Assembly (NCBI RefSeq): GCF_001457595.1
Contig: NZ_LN831039.1
Coordinates: 1,620,001-1,652,000, forward strand
From: Mycolicibacterium smegmatis
GTDB lineage: Bacteria; Actinomycetota; Actinomycetes; Mycobacteriales; Mycobacteriaceae
Direction: 5' to 3'
DNA: 32,000 nucleotides
The notes under the pieces were generated by a model. That model was not told the origin of the DNA. It did no database searches and was given only the letters and a program-made list of their open reading frames with translations. Both the position numbers and the translations under genes were made by a program. Positions within the stretch are counted from its first letter, which is position 1; each line of letters begins with the position of its first letter. Shown in pieces: positions 7,832 through 16,025 of this stretch.

Positions 7832-9517
7832 TCAGCGAAAGCTCGCCTCGCGTTCGACCGCGGAGTGCACCTCGTCGAGCAGATCGAGGCGGATGGCCAG
7901 CCACACCGTGAACTGGTGCTCCGGATCGCGGACATCCATGCCGAGCATGCGGGAGATCCGGTCGAGCTTGGCGAGCATGGTGTTGCGGTGCACGTTGAGC
8001 GTGCGCGCGGTGGCGTTGATGTTGCCGCCCTCGGACAGGTACGCCTCCAGCGTCTCCAGCAGATCGGGTGAGGAACGCAACGGCCCCAACACGTCTCGCA
8101 CCAGCTGGCGGCTGTCCTCGGTCTCGGCGACCTGGGCCAGCACCGTGAAACCCCGCAACTGTTGATACGACGTCGCACCCGTGCGGTGCAGGCGCCGCGC
8201 GATACCGAGCGCAACCCTGGCCTCCCGGTAGCTCTCCCGGACCTCCCCGGCGCCGAGCGCCGGGCGGCCGTAGGCGACGGGCGCGGGAAGGCCCCGTCGC
8301 CGCTGCAGCTCGCCGGACATGGCCTCGGCATACTCGGCCATCTCGCTGCGCATGGCCGCAGCGTCCTCGCCGCGCAACGTGCGGACCACGACGAGCACGT
8401 CGCCGATCACCGTGACGTAGGCATGCACCGACGGGTGCGCCGCCACCCCGGCCGCGTACCGCGCCAGCCGCACCATCGGCGTCGTAGGACTGTCGGAAAC
8501 CCTGGGCAGCACACCGGGCGCCACGAAAACACCGAACCGCGCGTCGAGTTCGATGTCGTGATGCTCGGCGCGGGCGCGCATGTCGTGCTCGCTGGAGAAG
8601 CTGCCGTGCACCAGGGCCTGGACGAAATCACCCCGCGCGCGTTCCTCGGCCTCGTCGACGCTGCGTTGCCGCAACATCTCCGACCCGATGATCGCGGTGG
8701 CCTGTTCGGTGAGCACCTCGTGCCGCGCCAGATCGTGCTTGCTCGGGCCGTCGGCGTGATCGGGAGCCAACGTCGGGACCAGGACGGCCACCCAGCCCTC
8801 GAACGACTTGCCCAGCCGGATCGCGCTCGCCACACACGTCCATCTGCTGTCCTCCGGACCGGTGACCTGCTGCGTGCGCGTGTCGTGGCCGTCGTGGCGC
8901 CGCTCCGACGCCGGGAGGTCGGCGGCCAGCATCCGGCTCACCGAATCGGCCAGGGCGGCCACGGCTTCGGGGGGCAGGCCGTGGTGGGCCACCACATGAC
9001 CGCGGGCATCGAGTGCCACGGCGGGATTGCGCGCCAGGTTGGACACCTCGCGCACCAAAATCTGCAGGCCCGCGCCACGGTGGAACAGGCCGGCCAGGGT
9101 GGCGTGCACGTGCGTCGAGTAGCGCATGACGTGCACCTCCTGGCTGAGCGCGCGCTCGGCCAGCAGCCGGTTGAGGGCCGCGAAACCCACCGGGATGCCG
9201 AGTTCCACGACCACCAGCCCGGCGGGCAGCCCGCCCAGGTCCGGTGGGGCGACACCGTCGACCAGCAGCGTGGTCGCGCCCCTGGCGGCGAGCGCCGAAA
9301 GCGTCGAAGCGCGGCCCGTCAACGATTCGGGGCGCGCGTACACCGCCACCGCGTCCAGCCGATCATGTTGTGACAGAACCTCGTTGAGTGGAAGCACCCA
9401 GGTGAGTTCCTCGTCGAGCAGGTCTTCGCCCGCGACGATCCGCGAACCAGCCATGAGGGACTCGTCCAGAAGCCCGCGCACCGTCATCCGGCCGCTGTCG
9501 ATCGGTGGTGCCGTCAT
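7832..9517 (-). CDS. PucR-family transcriptional regulator
   Basis: 561 aa. The C-terminal PucR-type HTH reads NINATARTLNVHRNTMLAKLDRISRMLGMDVRDPEHQFTVWLAIRL. ATG 9517 is preceded by a GGGGG Shine-Dalgarno sequence. It is divergent from the glcG-like/oxygenase operons. Confidence 0.85.
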   Translation of the reverse strand: MTAPPIDSGRMTVRGLLDESLMAGSRIVAGEDLLDEELTWVLPLNEVLSQHDRLDAVAVYARPESLTGRASTLSALAARGATTLLVDGVAPPDLGGLPAGLVVVELGIPVGFAALNRLLAERALSQEVHVMRYSTHVHATLAGLFHRGAGLQILVREVSNLARNPAVALDARGHVVAHHGLPPEAVAALADSVSRMLAADLPASERRHDGHDTRTQQVTGPEDSRWTCVASAIRLGKSFEGWVAVLVPTLAPDHADGPSKHDLARHEVLTEQATAIIGSEMLRQRSVDEAEERARGDFVQALVHGSFSSEHDMRARAEHHDIELDARFGVFVAPGVLPRVSDSPTTPMVRLARYAAGVAAHPSVHAYVTVIGDVLVVVRTLRGEDAAAMRSEMAEYAEAMSGELQRRRGLPAPVAYGRPALGAGEVRESYREARVALGIARRLHRTGATSYQQLRGFTVLAQVAETEDSRQLVRDVLGPLRSSPDLLETLEAYLSEGGNINATARTLNVHRNTMLAKLDRISRMLGMDVRDPEHQFTVWLAIRLDLLDEVHSAVEREASFR

Positions 9518-9551
9518 GTCAACCCCCGTGCTGTGTGCCTGGTGCGCCCTC

Positions 9552-9595
9552 TGGTGCCTGTTATTCGATTACCGGACCCCTCGTCACAGGCACCA
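9552..9595. promoter_or_regulatory. 10-bp inverted repeat in the pucR / glcG-like divergent region; candidate autoregulatory operator
   Basis: TGGTGCCTGT (9552-9561) and ACAGGCACCA (9586-9595) are exact reverse complements 24 nt apart. The repeat directly abuts island box copy 2. CTGGTGC also occurs twice in direct orientation (about 9538 and 9551). Confidence 0.4.
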
Positions 9596-9611
9596 TGTGC
9601 AACTTGACCCG
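9596..9611 (+). promoter_or_regulatory. Island box copy 2: TGTGCAACTTGACCCG
   Basis: Exact TGTGC-N3-TTGAC, 110 nt upstream of ATG 9714. It is followed at +23 by CCGGTCATATTAACCAT (9627-9643), which is 13/17 identical to the box at the same offset after copy 3. A degenerate extra copy, TGTGCCCGTTGAT, lies at 9655-9667. Confidence 0.55.
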
Positions 9612-9713
9612 TCGCGGCGCATTTTTCCGGTCATATTAACCATCACCTGGTCGGTGTGCCCGTTGATAGACATGGCTCCGTCAGCCCGAGCTGCGAGAGA
9701 GCGAGAGAGACCA

Positions 9714-10160
9714 ATGCACAGAATTCACCGCATCACCCTCGACGACGCGTTGCCATTGCTGGCCGCGGGCCGTGCCAAAGCCGAGGAGATCGGGGTCAAG
9801 CAGACCCTGTGCATAGTGGACGACGGCGGCAATGTCATTGCGCTGCACCGGTTGCCGGGAGCCCGTCTGACCGGTGTGGACATCGCGATCGCGAAGGCCT
9901 TCACCGCCGCAGGTCACGAACGTGCCACCCACCTGTTCAACGAACCGCCCAACGGGCCCGCATTGCCCGGCAACGAGGCGTTCGGCATCAGCCATATGCT
10001 GCCCGGCAAGTTCGCGATCTTCGTCGGCGGGTTCCCGTTGGTCTACGACGGGCAGATCGTCGGGGGAGTGGGCATCAGCGGCGGCAACGGCGAGCAGGAC
10101 AAGGCCGTGGGGGCGGCGATCCTCGCCGAGTTCGAGGCGCTCACCGCCGCCCAGGTGTGA
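9714..10160 (+). CDS. GlcG/HbpS-like (DUF336) haem-binding-family protein
   Basis: Start placed at ATG 9714 (MHRIHRITLDDALPLLAAGRAKAEEIGV), preceded by the purine-rich GAGAGAGCGAGAGAGA. The DUF336 hallmark GGFPLVYDGQIVGGVGISGGNGEQDKAVG is present. The upstream part of ORF 9126..10160 is antisense to pucR and was rejected. Confidence 0.8.
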   Translation: MHRIHRITLDDALPLLAAGRAKAEEIGVKQTLCIVDDGGNVIALHRLPGARLTGVDIAIAKAFTAAGHERATHLFNEPPNGPALPGNEAFGISHMLPGKFAIFVGGFPLVYDGQIVGGVGISGGNGEQDKAVGAAILAEFEALTAAQV

Positions 10161-10166
10161 CCCGGA

Positions 10167-10182
10167 TGTGCAGGTTGACCCC
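10167..10182 (+). promoter_or_regulatory. Island box copy 3: TGTGCAGGTTGACCCC
   Basis: Exact TGTGC-N3-TTGAC, 104 nt upstream of ATG 10279. It is followed at +23 by CCGGTGATTGTGACCAT (10198-10214). Confidence 0.55.
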
Positions 10183-10278
10183 GCCGCGGGCGCCGGCCCG
10201 GTGATTGTGACCATGGCCCGCACCCCGAGGCGTCACTAATCTCCCTGGAACCCAAGCATTTTCAGCGAAAGGAAACTC

Positions 10279-10998
10279 ATGACCGAGCTACTGGGACGCG
10301 ATGAATTCCGTGCCGAACTGGAGAACGCGATCAAGGGGCGTGAAGCCAAGAACGCCTCGTTCTCCAAGGCATGGGCCGAGGGCAAGCTGACCAAGGATCA
10401 CTTCGCCCGCTGGGCCGAGAACCACTACCACTACGTGGGCCCGTTCGCCGACTACCTGGCCAACATCTACTCCAACACCCCCGACGAGTTCACCGGCGCG
10501 AAAGACTTCACGCTGCAGAACATGTACGAGGAGGAGCTGGCCGACATCCGCCACACCGACCTGCTCATCAAGTTCGGTGAGGCGTGCGGGACCACGCGTG
10601 AGCGCATCGAGGACCCGTCGAACATGAACCCGATCACGCGCGGTCTGCAGGCGTGGTGCTATGCGGTCTCGCAGCGCGAGCACTTCGTGGTCGCCACCGC
10701 GGCGCTGGTGGTGGGCCTGGAATCCCAGGTGCCCAGCATCTACACCAAGCAGATCGTGCCCCTGCGCGAGGTGTACGGCTTCACCGAGGACGAGATCGAG
10801 TTCTTCGACCTGCACATCACGTCCGACGTCGTGCACGGCGAGCGCGGATACCAGATCGTGCTCGACCACGCCGACACCCCGCAGTTGCAGCAGCGCTGCC
10901 TGCAACTGGTGCGCTGGGGCGCCGAGATGCGCTTCTCCTACACCAAGGGCCTCTACGACTACTACGTCGCACCGGATCTCCAAGCCGCAGGCGTCTGA
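10279..10998 (+). CDS. Haem-oxygenase-fold (PqqC/TenA/CADD-like) protein with a complete putative diiron ligand set
   Basis: 239 aa and collinear with PqqC-like proteins (N-terminal LLGRDEFRAELE..., C-terminal tail LYDYYV). Candidate ligands are E85 (10531), H92 (10552), E148 (10720), H179 (10813), D183 (10825) and H186 (10834). This gives E-x6-H ... E ... H-x3-D-x2-H, the spacing I recall for the CADD diiron site. RBS AAAGGA lies before the ATG. Confidence 0.75.
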   Translation: MTELLGRDEFRAELENAIKGREAKNASFSKAWAEGKLTKDHFARWAENHYHYVGPFADYLANIYSNTPDEFTGAKDFTLQNMYEEELADIRHTDLLIKFGEACGTTRERIEDPSNMNPITRGLQAWCYAVSQREHFVVATAALVVGLESQVPSIYTKQIVPLREVYGFTEDEIEFFDLHITSDVVHGERGYQIVLDHADTPQLQQRCLQLVRWGAEMRFSYTKGLYDYYVAPDLQAAGV

Positions 10999-11043
10999 TC
11001 CCTGATCCCTGAAACCCCGCCGCCTCGACAGAAAGGTTGTGCT

Positions 11044-11394
11044 GTGACTGCGAACTGGGTTGCGGTGGCGAGCCGTAAAGAGCTCGCCCGCCGCCGCAAA
11101 CTCCGCGTGGAACTCGACGGTCTGGCCATCGCGCTGTTCGAGGCGGCGGGCCGGGTGTACGCATTCGCCGACGCATGCGTGCACCAGGACCGGTCGCTGG
11201 TCAAAGGCACCCTGCTGCACGGCAAGGTGATCTGCCCCGGCCACCAATGGCAGTTCGACCTGGAGACCGGATACGAGGAGAGCCAAGGCCGCTGCCAGCC
11301 CACCTACGCGGTGCGCGTCGACGACGACACCGTCTACGTGGACCCCACCGCGCGGATGTCACCCGTGACCGCAGGAGAGGAAGCCAACGCATGA
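11044..11394 (+). CDS. Rieske [2Fe-2S] ferredoxin 1 (small, NirD/HcaC-like)
   Basis: 116 aa. Rieske ligands are CVH (C-x-H) and CPGH (C-x-x-H) within CPGHQWQFDLETG. There is no catalytic oxygenase domain. GTG start with AAAGG upstream. The stop overlaps the next start (ATGA at 11391-11394). Confidence 0.85.
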   Translation: MTANWVAVASRKELARRRKLRVELDGLAIALFEAAGRVYAFADACVHQDRSLVKGTLLHGKVICPGHQWQFDLETGYEESQGRCQPTYAVRVDDDTVYVDPTARMSPVTAGEEANA

Positions 11395-12617
11395 CCGACC
11401 GCACCTTCGTGACCGTGGGGGCCGGACAGACCGCCGCGGTGGCAGCACGCACGCTGCGCCGCCGCGGGTTCGACGGCCGCATCATCCTGGTCGGTGACGA
11501 ACCGCACGCGCCGTACCAGCGGCCACCGCTGTCGAAGGAATTCCTCTGCGACACGGCCGCATCCGATGACCTGTGGATCCTGCCCGAGAAGTGGTGCGCC
11601 GACAACGGCGTCGAGATCCGCACCGGGGCCGAGGTCACCGGCGTCGATGCCGCCACGGGCACCGTCGAGATCGCCGGACAGGCACCGGTGCGCGCCGACG
11701 CGGTGCTGTTCGCCACGGGCGGGCGGCCCCGCCGCTTGCCGGTGCCCGGCCCCCGGCCAGAACTCGTGCACTACCTGCGCACTCTCGATGACGCACGACG
11801 CCTGCACGACGCCCTGGCATCCGGATGCCGTCTCGGTGTCATCGGCGCCGGCTTCGTCGGGCTCGAAATCGCCGCCACCGCAGTGGGTCTCGGCGCTTCG
11901 GTGACCGTGCTGGAAGCCGCGCCGATGCCGCTGGGCACCGTCGTCGGGTCACGCGTCGGCGCCGAGATCGTGCGCCTGCACCGCGGCAACGGGGTCGAAC
12001 TGCTCACCGGCGTGGCCGTGAACGGGGTACGCACCGACGCCGAGGGCGTCGTCGTCAGCACCGGCGCGCAGGACCTGCGCTTCGACGCCGTCGTGATCGG
12101 CATCGGCATCACCCCCAACACCGCTGTGGCCGAGGCCTCCGGGCTCGCGGTCGACGACGGCATCGTCGTCGACGCCCAGGGTCGCGCATCGATACCCAAC
12201 ATCTACGCCGCGGGCGACGTCGCGCGCCGCTACTCCGAACGCGCCGGAAAACACGTCCGCATCGAGCATTTCGACAACGCCAACCGGCAGGGCGCCGCGG
12301 TCGCCAACGCCATGCTGGGCCGCGACGCCGTCAACGACGACGCGCCGTGGTTCTGGTCCGACCAGTACGAGCACAACCTGCAACTGCTGGGCGAGGCCAC
12401 CGGCAACCTGGTGATCCGCGGCGACGTCGGCGAATTCGAGTTCACCGCGTTCTACGTCGACACCGACGACACGCTGCGCGGCGTGTTCACCGTCGACCGG
12501 GGTGAGGACGTCATGGTGGGCCGCGAACTGCTCGGCCGCCGCATCCCGCGCGCCGTCCTGGAAGACGACGACGCCGATTTGTGGGAACTCGTCGACACCG
12601 AGGAGGTGGCACAGTGA
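11391..12617 (+). CDS. FAD-dependent NAD(P)H:ferredoxin reductase (BphA4/putidaredoxin-reductase type)
   Basis: Begins MTDRTFVTVGAGQTAAVAARTLRRRGFDGRIILVGDEPHAPYQRPPLSK (FAD GxGxxA fold plus the RPPLSK motif). A second dinucleotide fold is GVIGAGFVGLEIAA, followed by AAGDVA. Start ATG 11391 was chosen within ORF 11175..12617 by translational coupling. Confidence 0.88.
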   Translation: MTDRTFVTVGAGQTAAVAARTLRRRGFDGRIILVGDEPHAPYQRPPLSKEFLCDTAASDDLWILPEKWCADNGVEIRTGAEVTGVDAATGTVEIAGQAPVRADAVLFATGGRPRRLPVPGPRPELVHYLRTLDDARRLHDALASGCRLGVIGAGFVGLEIAATAVGLGASVTVLEAAPMPLGTVVGSRVGAEIVRLHRGNGVELLTGVAVNGVRTDAEGVVVSTGAQDLRFDAVVIGIGITPNTAVAEASGLAVDDGIVVDAQGRASIPNIYAAGDVARRYSERAGKHVRIEHFDNANRQGAAVANAMLGRDAVNDDAPWFWSDQYEHNLQLLGEATGNLVIRGDVGEFEFTAFYVDTDDTLRGVFTVDRGEDVMVGRELLGRRIPRAVLEDDDADLWELVDTEEVAQ

Positions 12618-14056
12618 CTGTCGAGGGAGCCAACTTCATCGACGGGCAGTGGATCCCGGCCGCGTCGGGACGCACCTTCGCGCGTCACAACCCGGCCGAC
12701 CCCGACGATCTCGTCGGGGTCTTCCCGGCCTCCGACGGCGTCGACGTGCGCACCGCCGTCGACGCGCTCGACAAGGCCGCCCCCGAATGGGCCGCCACGC
12801 CGCCCGAACGCCGTGCGGCGATCCTGGAAGCCGCTGCCGTGCAACTGGAATCACGCGCAGCGGAGTTGATCGCCGAATTGATCCGCGAAGAGGGCAAGAC
12901 CACCGCCGAGGCCACCATGGAGGTGAGCCGGACCCCGGCGAACCTGCGCTTCTACGCCGGCGAGGCGCTGCGGTCCACGGGCACCACCTACCCCGCACCG
13001 GGGGAGGGTCTGGTCTACACGCTGCGTGAGCCCGTCGGCATCGTCGGCGCCATCACACCGTGGAACTTCCCGTTCAACATCCCGTCACGCAAACTCGGGC
13101 CGGCGCTCGCGGCAGGAAATCCGGTGCTGTACAAGCCCTCCGAACTCACCCCGCTGATGGGGCAGCGTCTGGTCGAGGCGTTGTTGGACGGTGGGCTGCC
13201 GCCCTCGGCGCTCGCGCTGGTCCAGGGCGACGGCGTGGCGGGTGCCGCGGTCGCCGCGGATCCACGCGTCGCAGCGGTCACCTTCACCGGGTCGACAGCC
13301 GTCGGCCGTGCGATCCACCAGCAGGTCGGACCCCAGCGCCGCGTCCAACTGGAGATGGGCGGCAAGAACCCCGTGGTGGTCGCCGGGGACGCCGACCTCG
13401 ACGCCGCGGCCGCCCTCATCGTCAAAGGCGCGTTCGGGCTCAGCGGACAGGCCTGCACCGGGACCAGCCGCGTGATCGCGGTCGACGAGATCCACGATGC
13501 GCTGCTCGACCGCGTGGTGGCCAAGGCCGACGCGCTGCAGGTCGGGCCCGGCAATCAGCCCGGTGTGCACATGGGTCCGCTGGCCAGCGCGGCCCAGAGG
13601 GAAAAGTTCCTGCACTACGTGCACGCCGGGATCACCGAGGGCGCCACCCTGCGCTGCGGCGGCACCACGGTGGGCGATCACGGATTCTTCGTCCGCCCGG
13701 CGGTTTTCGCCGACGCGCTGCCGACCATGCGCATCGTCACCGAGGAGGTGTTCGGGCCGCTGGTCGCGTTCCAGCGCGCGGCATCCCTCGACGAGGCCGT
13801 CGCGCTGGCCAACGCCACCGAGTACGGACTGGCGGCCTCGATCGTCACGTCGGACCTCGCCGCGGCGACACGGTTCGCCCGGCAGTCGAAGACCGGCCTG
13901 GTCAAGATCAACCAGCCGACCACGGGCATGGCGATGAACGCGCCCTTCGGCGGCTACAAGGCGTCGAGCACCCAGACCTTCAAGGAACAGGCCGGGCCGA
14001 CGCTCATGGAGTTCTACACGCTCGAGAAGACCGTCTACCTCACCCCGGCCCTCTGA
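12614..14056 (+). CDS. NAD(P)+-dependent aldehyde dehydrogenase
   Basis: GTG 12614 follows AGGAGG (12601-12606) and overlaps the reductase stop (GTGA). Contains FIDGQWIP, the ALDH glutamate box LEMGGKNP and the catalytic cysteine context GQACTGTSR. Confidence 0.9.
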   Translation: MTVEGANFIDGQWIPAASGRTFARHNPADPDDLVGVFPASDGVDVRTAVDALDKAAPEWAATPPERRAAILEAAAVQLESRAAELIAELIREEGKTTAEATMEVSRTPANLRFYAGEALRSTGTTYPAPGEGLVYTLREPVGIVGAITPWNFPFNIPSRKLGPALAAGNPVLYKPSELTPLMGQRLVEALLDGGLPPSALALVQGDGVAGAAVAADPRVAAVTFTGSTAVGRAIHQQVGPQRRVQLEMGGKNPVVVAGDADLDAAAALIVKGAFGLSGQACTGTSRVIAVDEIHDALLDRVVAKADALQVGPGNQPGVHMGPLASAAQREKFLHYVHAGITEGATLRCGGTTVGDHGFFVRPAVFADALPTMRIVTEEVFGPLVAFQRAASLDEAVALANATEYGLAASIVTSDLAAATRFARQSKTGLVKINQPTTGMAMNAPFGGYKASSTQTFKEQAGPTLMEFYTLEKTVYLTPAL

Positions 14057-14070
14057 ACACAGGAGCTGCA

Positions 14071-14424
14071 ATGGAATTCACCCGAGTCGCCAGATCCGGT
14101 CAGGTGCCCGAGGGCATCGTGCGACGGTTCTTCGCGGGCGAGTACGAGTTCGCCGTGGCCCGCCTCAACGGCAAGGCCTACGCGACGTCCAACTACTGCA
14201 CGCATCTGGACTGCATGCTCTCGTCGGGCAAGCTCGTCGACGACGGCATCGGATGCTCGTGCCACGGAAGTGCATTCGACCTCGAGACCGGTGAGCCCAT
14301 CTGCCCGCCCGCCACGGTCGCGATCAAGACCTACCCGGTCGAGGAACGCGACGGCGAGATCTTCGTCGGTGTCGAGCCGGGGGAGATGCCCGTCGGACCG
14401 CGGCGGCGACGCAAGGGGGCGTGA
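14071..14424 (+). CDS. Rieske [2Fe-2S] ferredoxin 2 (BphF/TodB-like)
   Basis: 117 aa. Ligands are CTH ... CSCH (CTHLDCMLSSG, CSCHGSAFDLETGE). AGGAG RBS is present. The stop overlaps the GGT-family gene start (GTGA at 14421-14424). Confidence 0.85.
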   Translation: MEFTRVARSGQVPEGIVRRFFAGEYEFAVARLNGKAYATSNYCTHLDCMLSSGKLVDDGIGCSCHGSAFDLETGEPICPPATVAIKTYPVEERDGEIFVGVEPGEMPVGPRRRRKGA

Positions 14425-16025
14425 GCCAGGTGCAGCGGCCGCCGACACTGTCCACCGGCGCGATGGTCAGCTCGAGCCATCCCGCCGCCAGCTTCGCCGG
14501 GGCGCGCGTACTCGCCGACGGCGGCAACGCGATCGACGCGACCCTGGCGATGGCCGCGGTCACGTGGCTGACGTTGCCCGGTCAATGCGGCATCGGCGGC
14601 GACGCGTTCGTCGTCGTGGCCGAACCCGACGGGCGGGTGTGGACGGTCAACGGGTCCGGCTTCGGCCCCGACGGCGGCACCACGGACTTCTATCGCGACA
14701 TTCAGGGCGAACGATCTGGTATTCCCCTGACCGGTGCGCTCGGTGTCGCGGTTCCCGGCGCCCCGGCGGCATTGGCCGCGTTGCACTCCCACGGCGCACG
14801 CATGTCGCTGGCGGAGCTGTGGGAACCGGCGGCGCGCATGGCCGAGAACGGACTGGCGTGCTCGGCCAAGACCGTCACCGACGTGCGGGAGACGTTCGAC
14901 GCGATCCGCGCCGACGACGGTCTGGCGGCCGTGTACACGCCCGACGGCGCCGTCCCCGCGGTGGGGCAGCGGTTGCCGCAACCCGACCTGGCCCGCACCA
15001 TCCGCCGGCTCGCCACCGCGCCCGGTGATTTCTACACCGGCGAGTTCGCCGAACGCGCCGTGGCGGTGCTGTGCGCGGCAGGCGCCCCGTTCAGCGGCGA
15101 CGAATGGGCCGCCGGTGCCGTCGTCGCTCCCGAGGCCCCGCTCACGGGCGGCTACGCCGGTGCGACGATTCACCAGACGCCACTACCCACCCCCGGCTGG
15201 ATGGTGTTGCAGCAGGCCGCGCTGTGCGACGGAACCCTCGGTGCGGCACCGTGGCTGGGCGCCGAGGCCATCGACCGCATGGCCCGGGCAGCTCGGCTGG
15301 CGTTCCAAGACCGGTTCGCGCTGTGCGGATCCGACGGCGCGGGTGTGCGAGAGGTGCTGGACGCCAACCGGATCGCCGAACAGCGGCGTGCTCTGGATGC
15401 GTCGGCGGAACAGCGGATGTCGTTCAGCGTCGCCGGCGGTGACACGACGTGCACGGTCGCCGTCGACGCCGACGGGCGTGCCGTGTCGTTCATCCATTCC
15501 CTGGGTTTCACGTTCGGGGCCAAGCTCACGGTGCCCGGAACCGGCGTCGTCCTCAACAACCGGTTGGGCCGCGGTGCCTACCTGATCCCCGGGCATCCCA
15601 ACGAGGTCGCGCCGCGCCGCAAACCACTGAACACCCTCAACGCCTGGATCGCCACCGGCGCCGATGGGGAACTGCTCGCCCTCGGCTCCATCCCCGGCGG
15701 CGATGGTCAGGTGCAGTGGAACATGCAGTTGCTCTCGCACCTGTTCGACCACGGGCTGGACCCGGCCGAGGCGGTCAGCGCACCGCGTTTCACGGTGTTC
15801 CCCGGATCCGACGCCGACGTCATCGGCAGGCCCGACGAATTGCGCGTCGAGGCAAGGATTCCCGACGACGTCCGGTCGGAGTTGCAGGACATGGGGCATC
15901 GCGTCGTGGTGCAACCGGATTTCGGCGCCGGCGGAAGCGCCCAGGTGATCCGCCGCGACGCGCGCGGTGTGCTCAGCGGCGCGGCCGACCCGCGTCAGGA
16001 AGGGATCGCGATCGGTGTCGAGTGA
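14421..16025 (+). CDS. Gamma-glutamyltransferase-family Ntn hydrolase
   Basis: 534 aa. The N-terminal region reads SSHPAASFAGARVLADGGNAIDATLA. The autoprocessing/nucleophile threonine context is GGDTTCTVAVDADGRAVSFIHSLG. Substrate cannot be read from sequence, because this family includes non-glutamyl amidohydrolases. Confidence 0.85.
   Translation: MSQVQRPPTLSTGAMVSSSHPAASFAGARVLADGGNAIDATLAMAAVTWLTLPGQCGIGGDAFVVVAEPDGRVWTVNGSGFGPDGGTTDFYRDIQGERSGIPLTGALGVAVPGAPAALAALHSHGARMSLAELWEPAARMAENGLACSAKTVTDVRETFDAIRADDGLAAVYTPDGAVPAVGQRLPQPDLARTIRRLATAPGDFYTGEFAERAVAVLCAAGAPFSGDEWAAGAVVAPEAPLTGGYAGATIHQTPLPTPGWMVLQQAALCDGTLGAAPWLGAEAIDRMARAARLAFQDRFALCGSDGAGVREVLDANRIAEQRRALDASAEQRMSFSVAGGDTTCTVAVDADGRAVSFIHSLGFTFGAKLTVPGTGVVLNNRLGRGAYLIPGHPNEVAPRRKPLNTLNAWIATGADGELLALGSIPGGDGQVQWNMQLLSHLFDHGLDPAEAVSAPRFTVFPGSDADVIGRPDELRVEARIPDDVRSELQDMGHRVVVQPDFGAGGSAQVIRRDARGVLSGAADPRQEGIAIGVE

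Noticed and set aside
8162-9373. 403-aa plus-strand ORF
   Set aside because: It is antisense to the PucR regulator, which has a clear C-terminal HTH and a good RBS. This is a shadow ORF.
9126-9713. Upstream extension of the GlcG-like ORF (9126..10160), including the alternative ATG 9672
   Set aside because: The part before 9518 is antisense to pucR. The DUF336 domain starts near ATG 9714, which has a purine-rich RBS, whereas ATG 9672 has none.
10279-10998. Annotating the HO-fold gene as pqqC (PQQ biosynthesis)
   Set aside because: No pqqA, B, D or E genes are in the window. The protein also carries a full Glu/His/Asp metal-ligand pattern that, as I recall, cofactor-free PqqC lacks. The diiron oxidase interpretation is preferred but unproven.
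13060-14424. 454-aa plus-strand ORF and the 328-aa minus-strand ORF 13085..14071
   Set aside because: Both overlap the aldehyde dehydrogenase, whose catalytic motifs lie in a different frame. Both are extremely Arg/Gly-rich.
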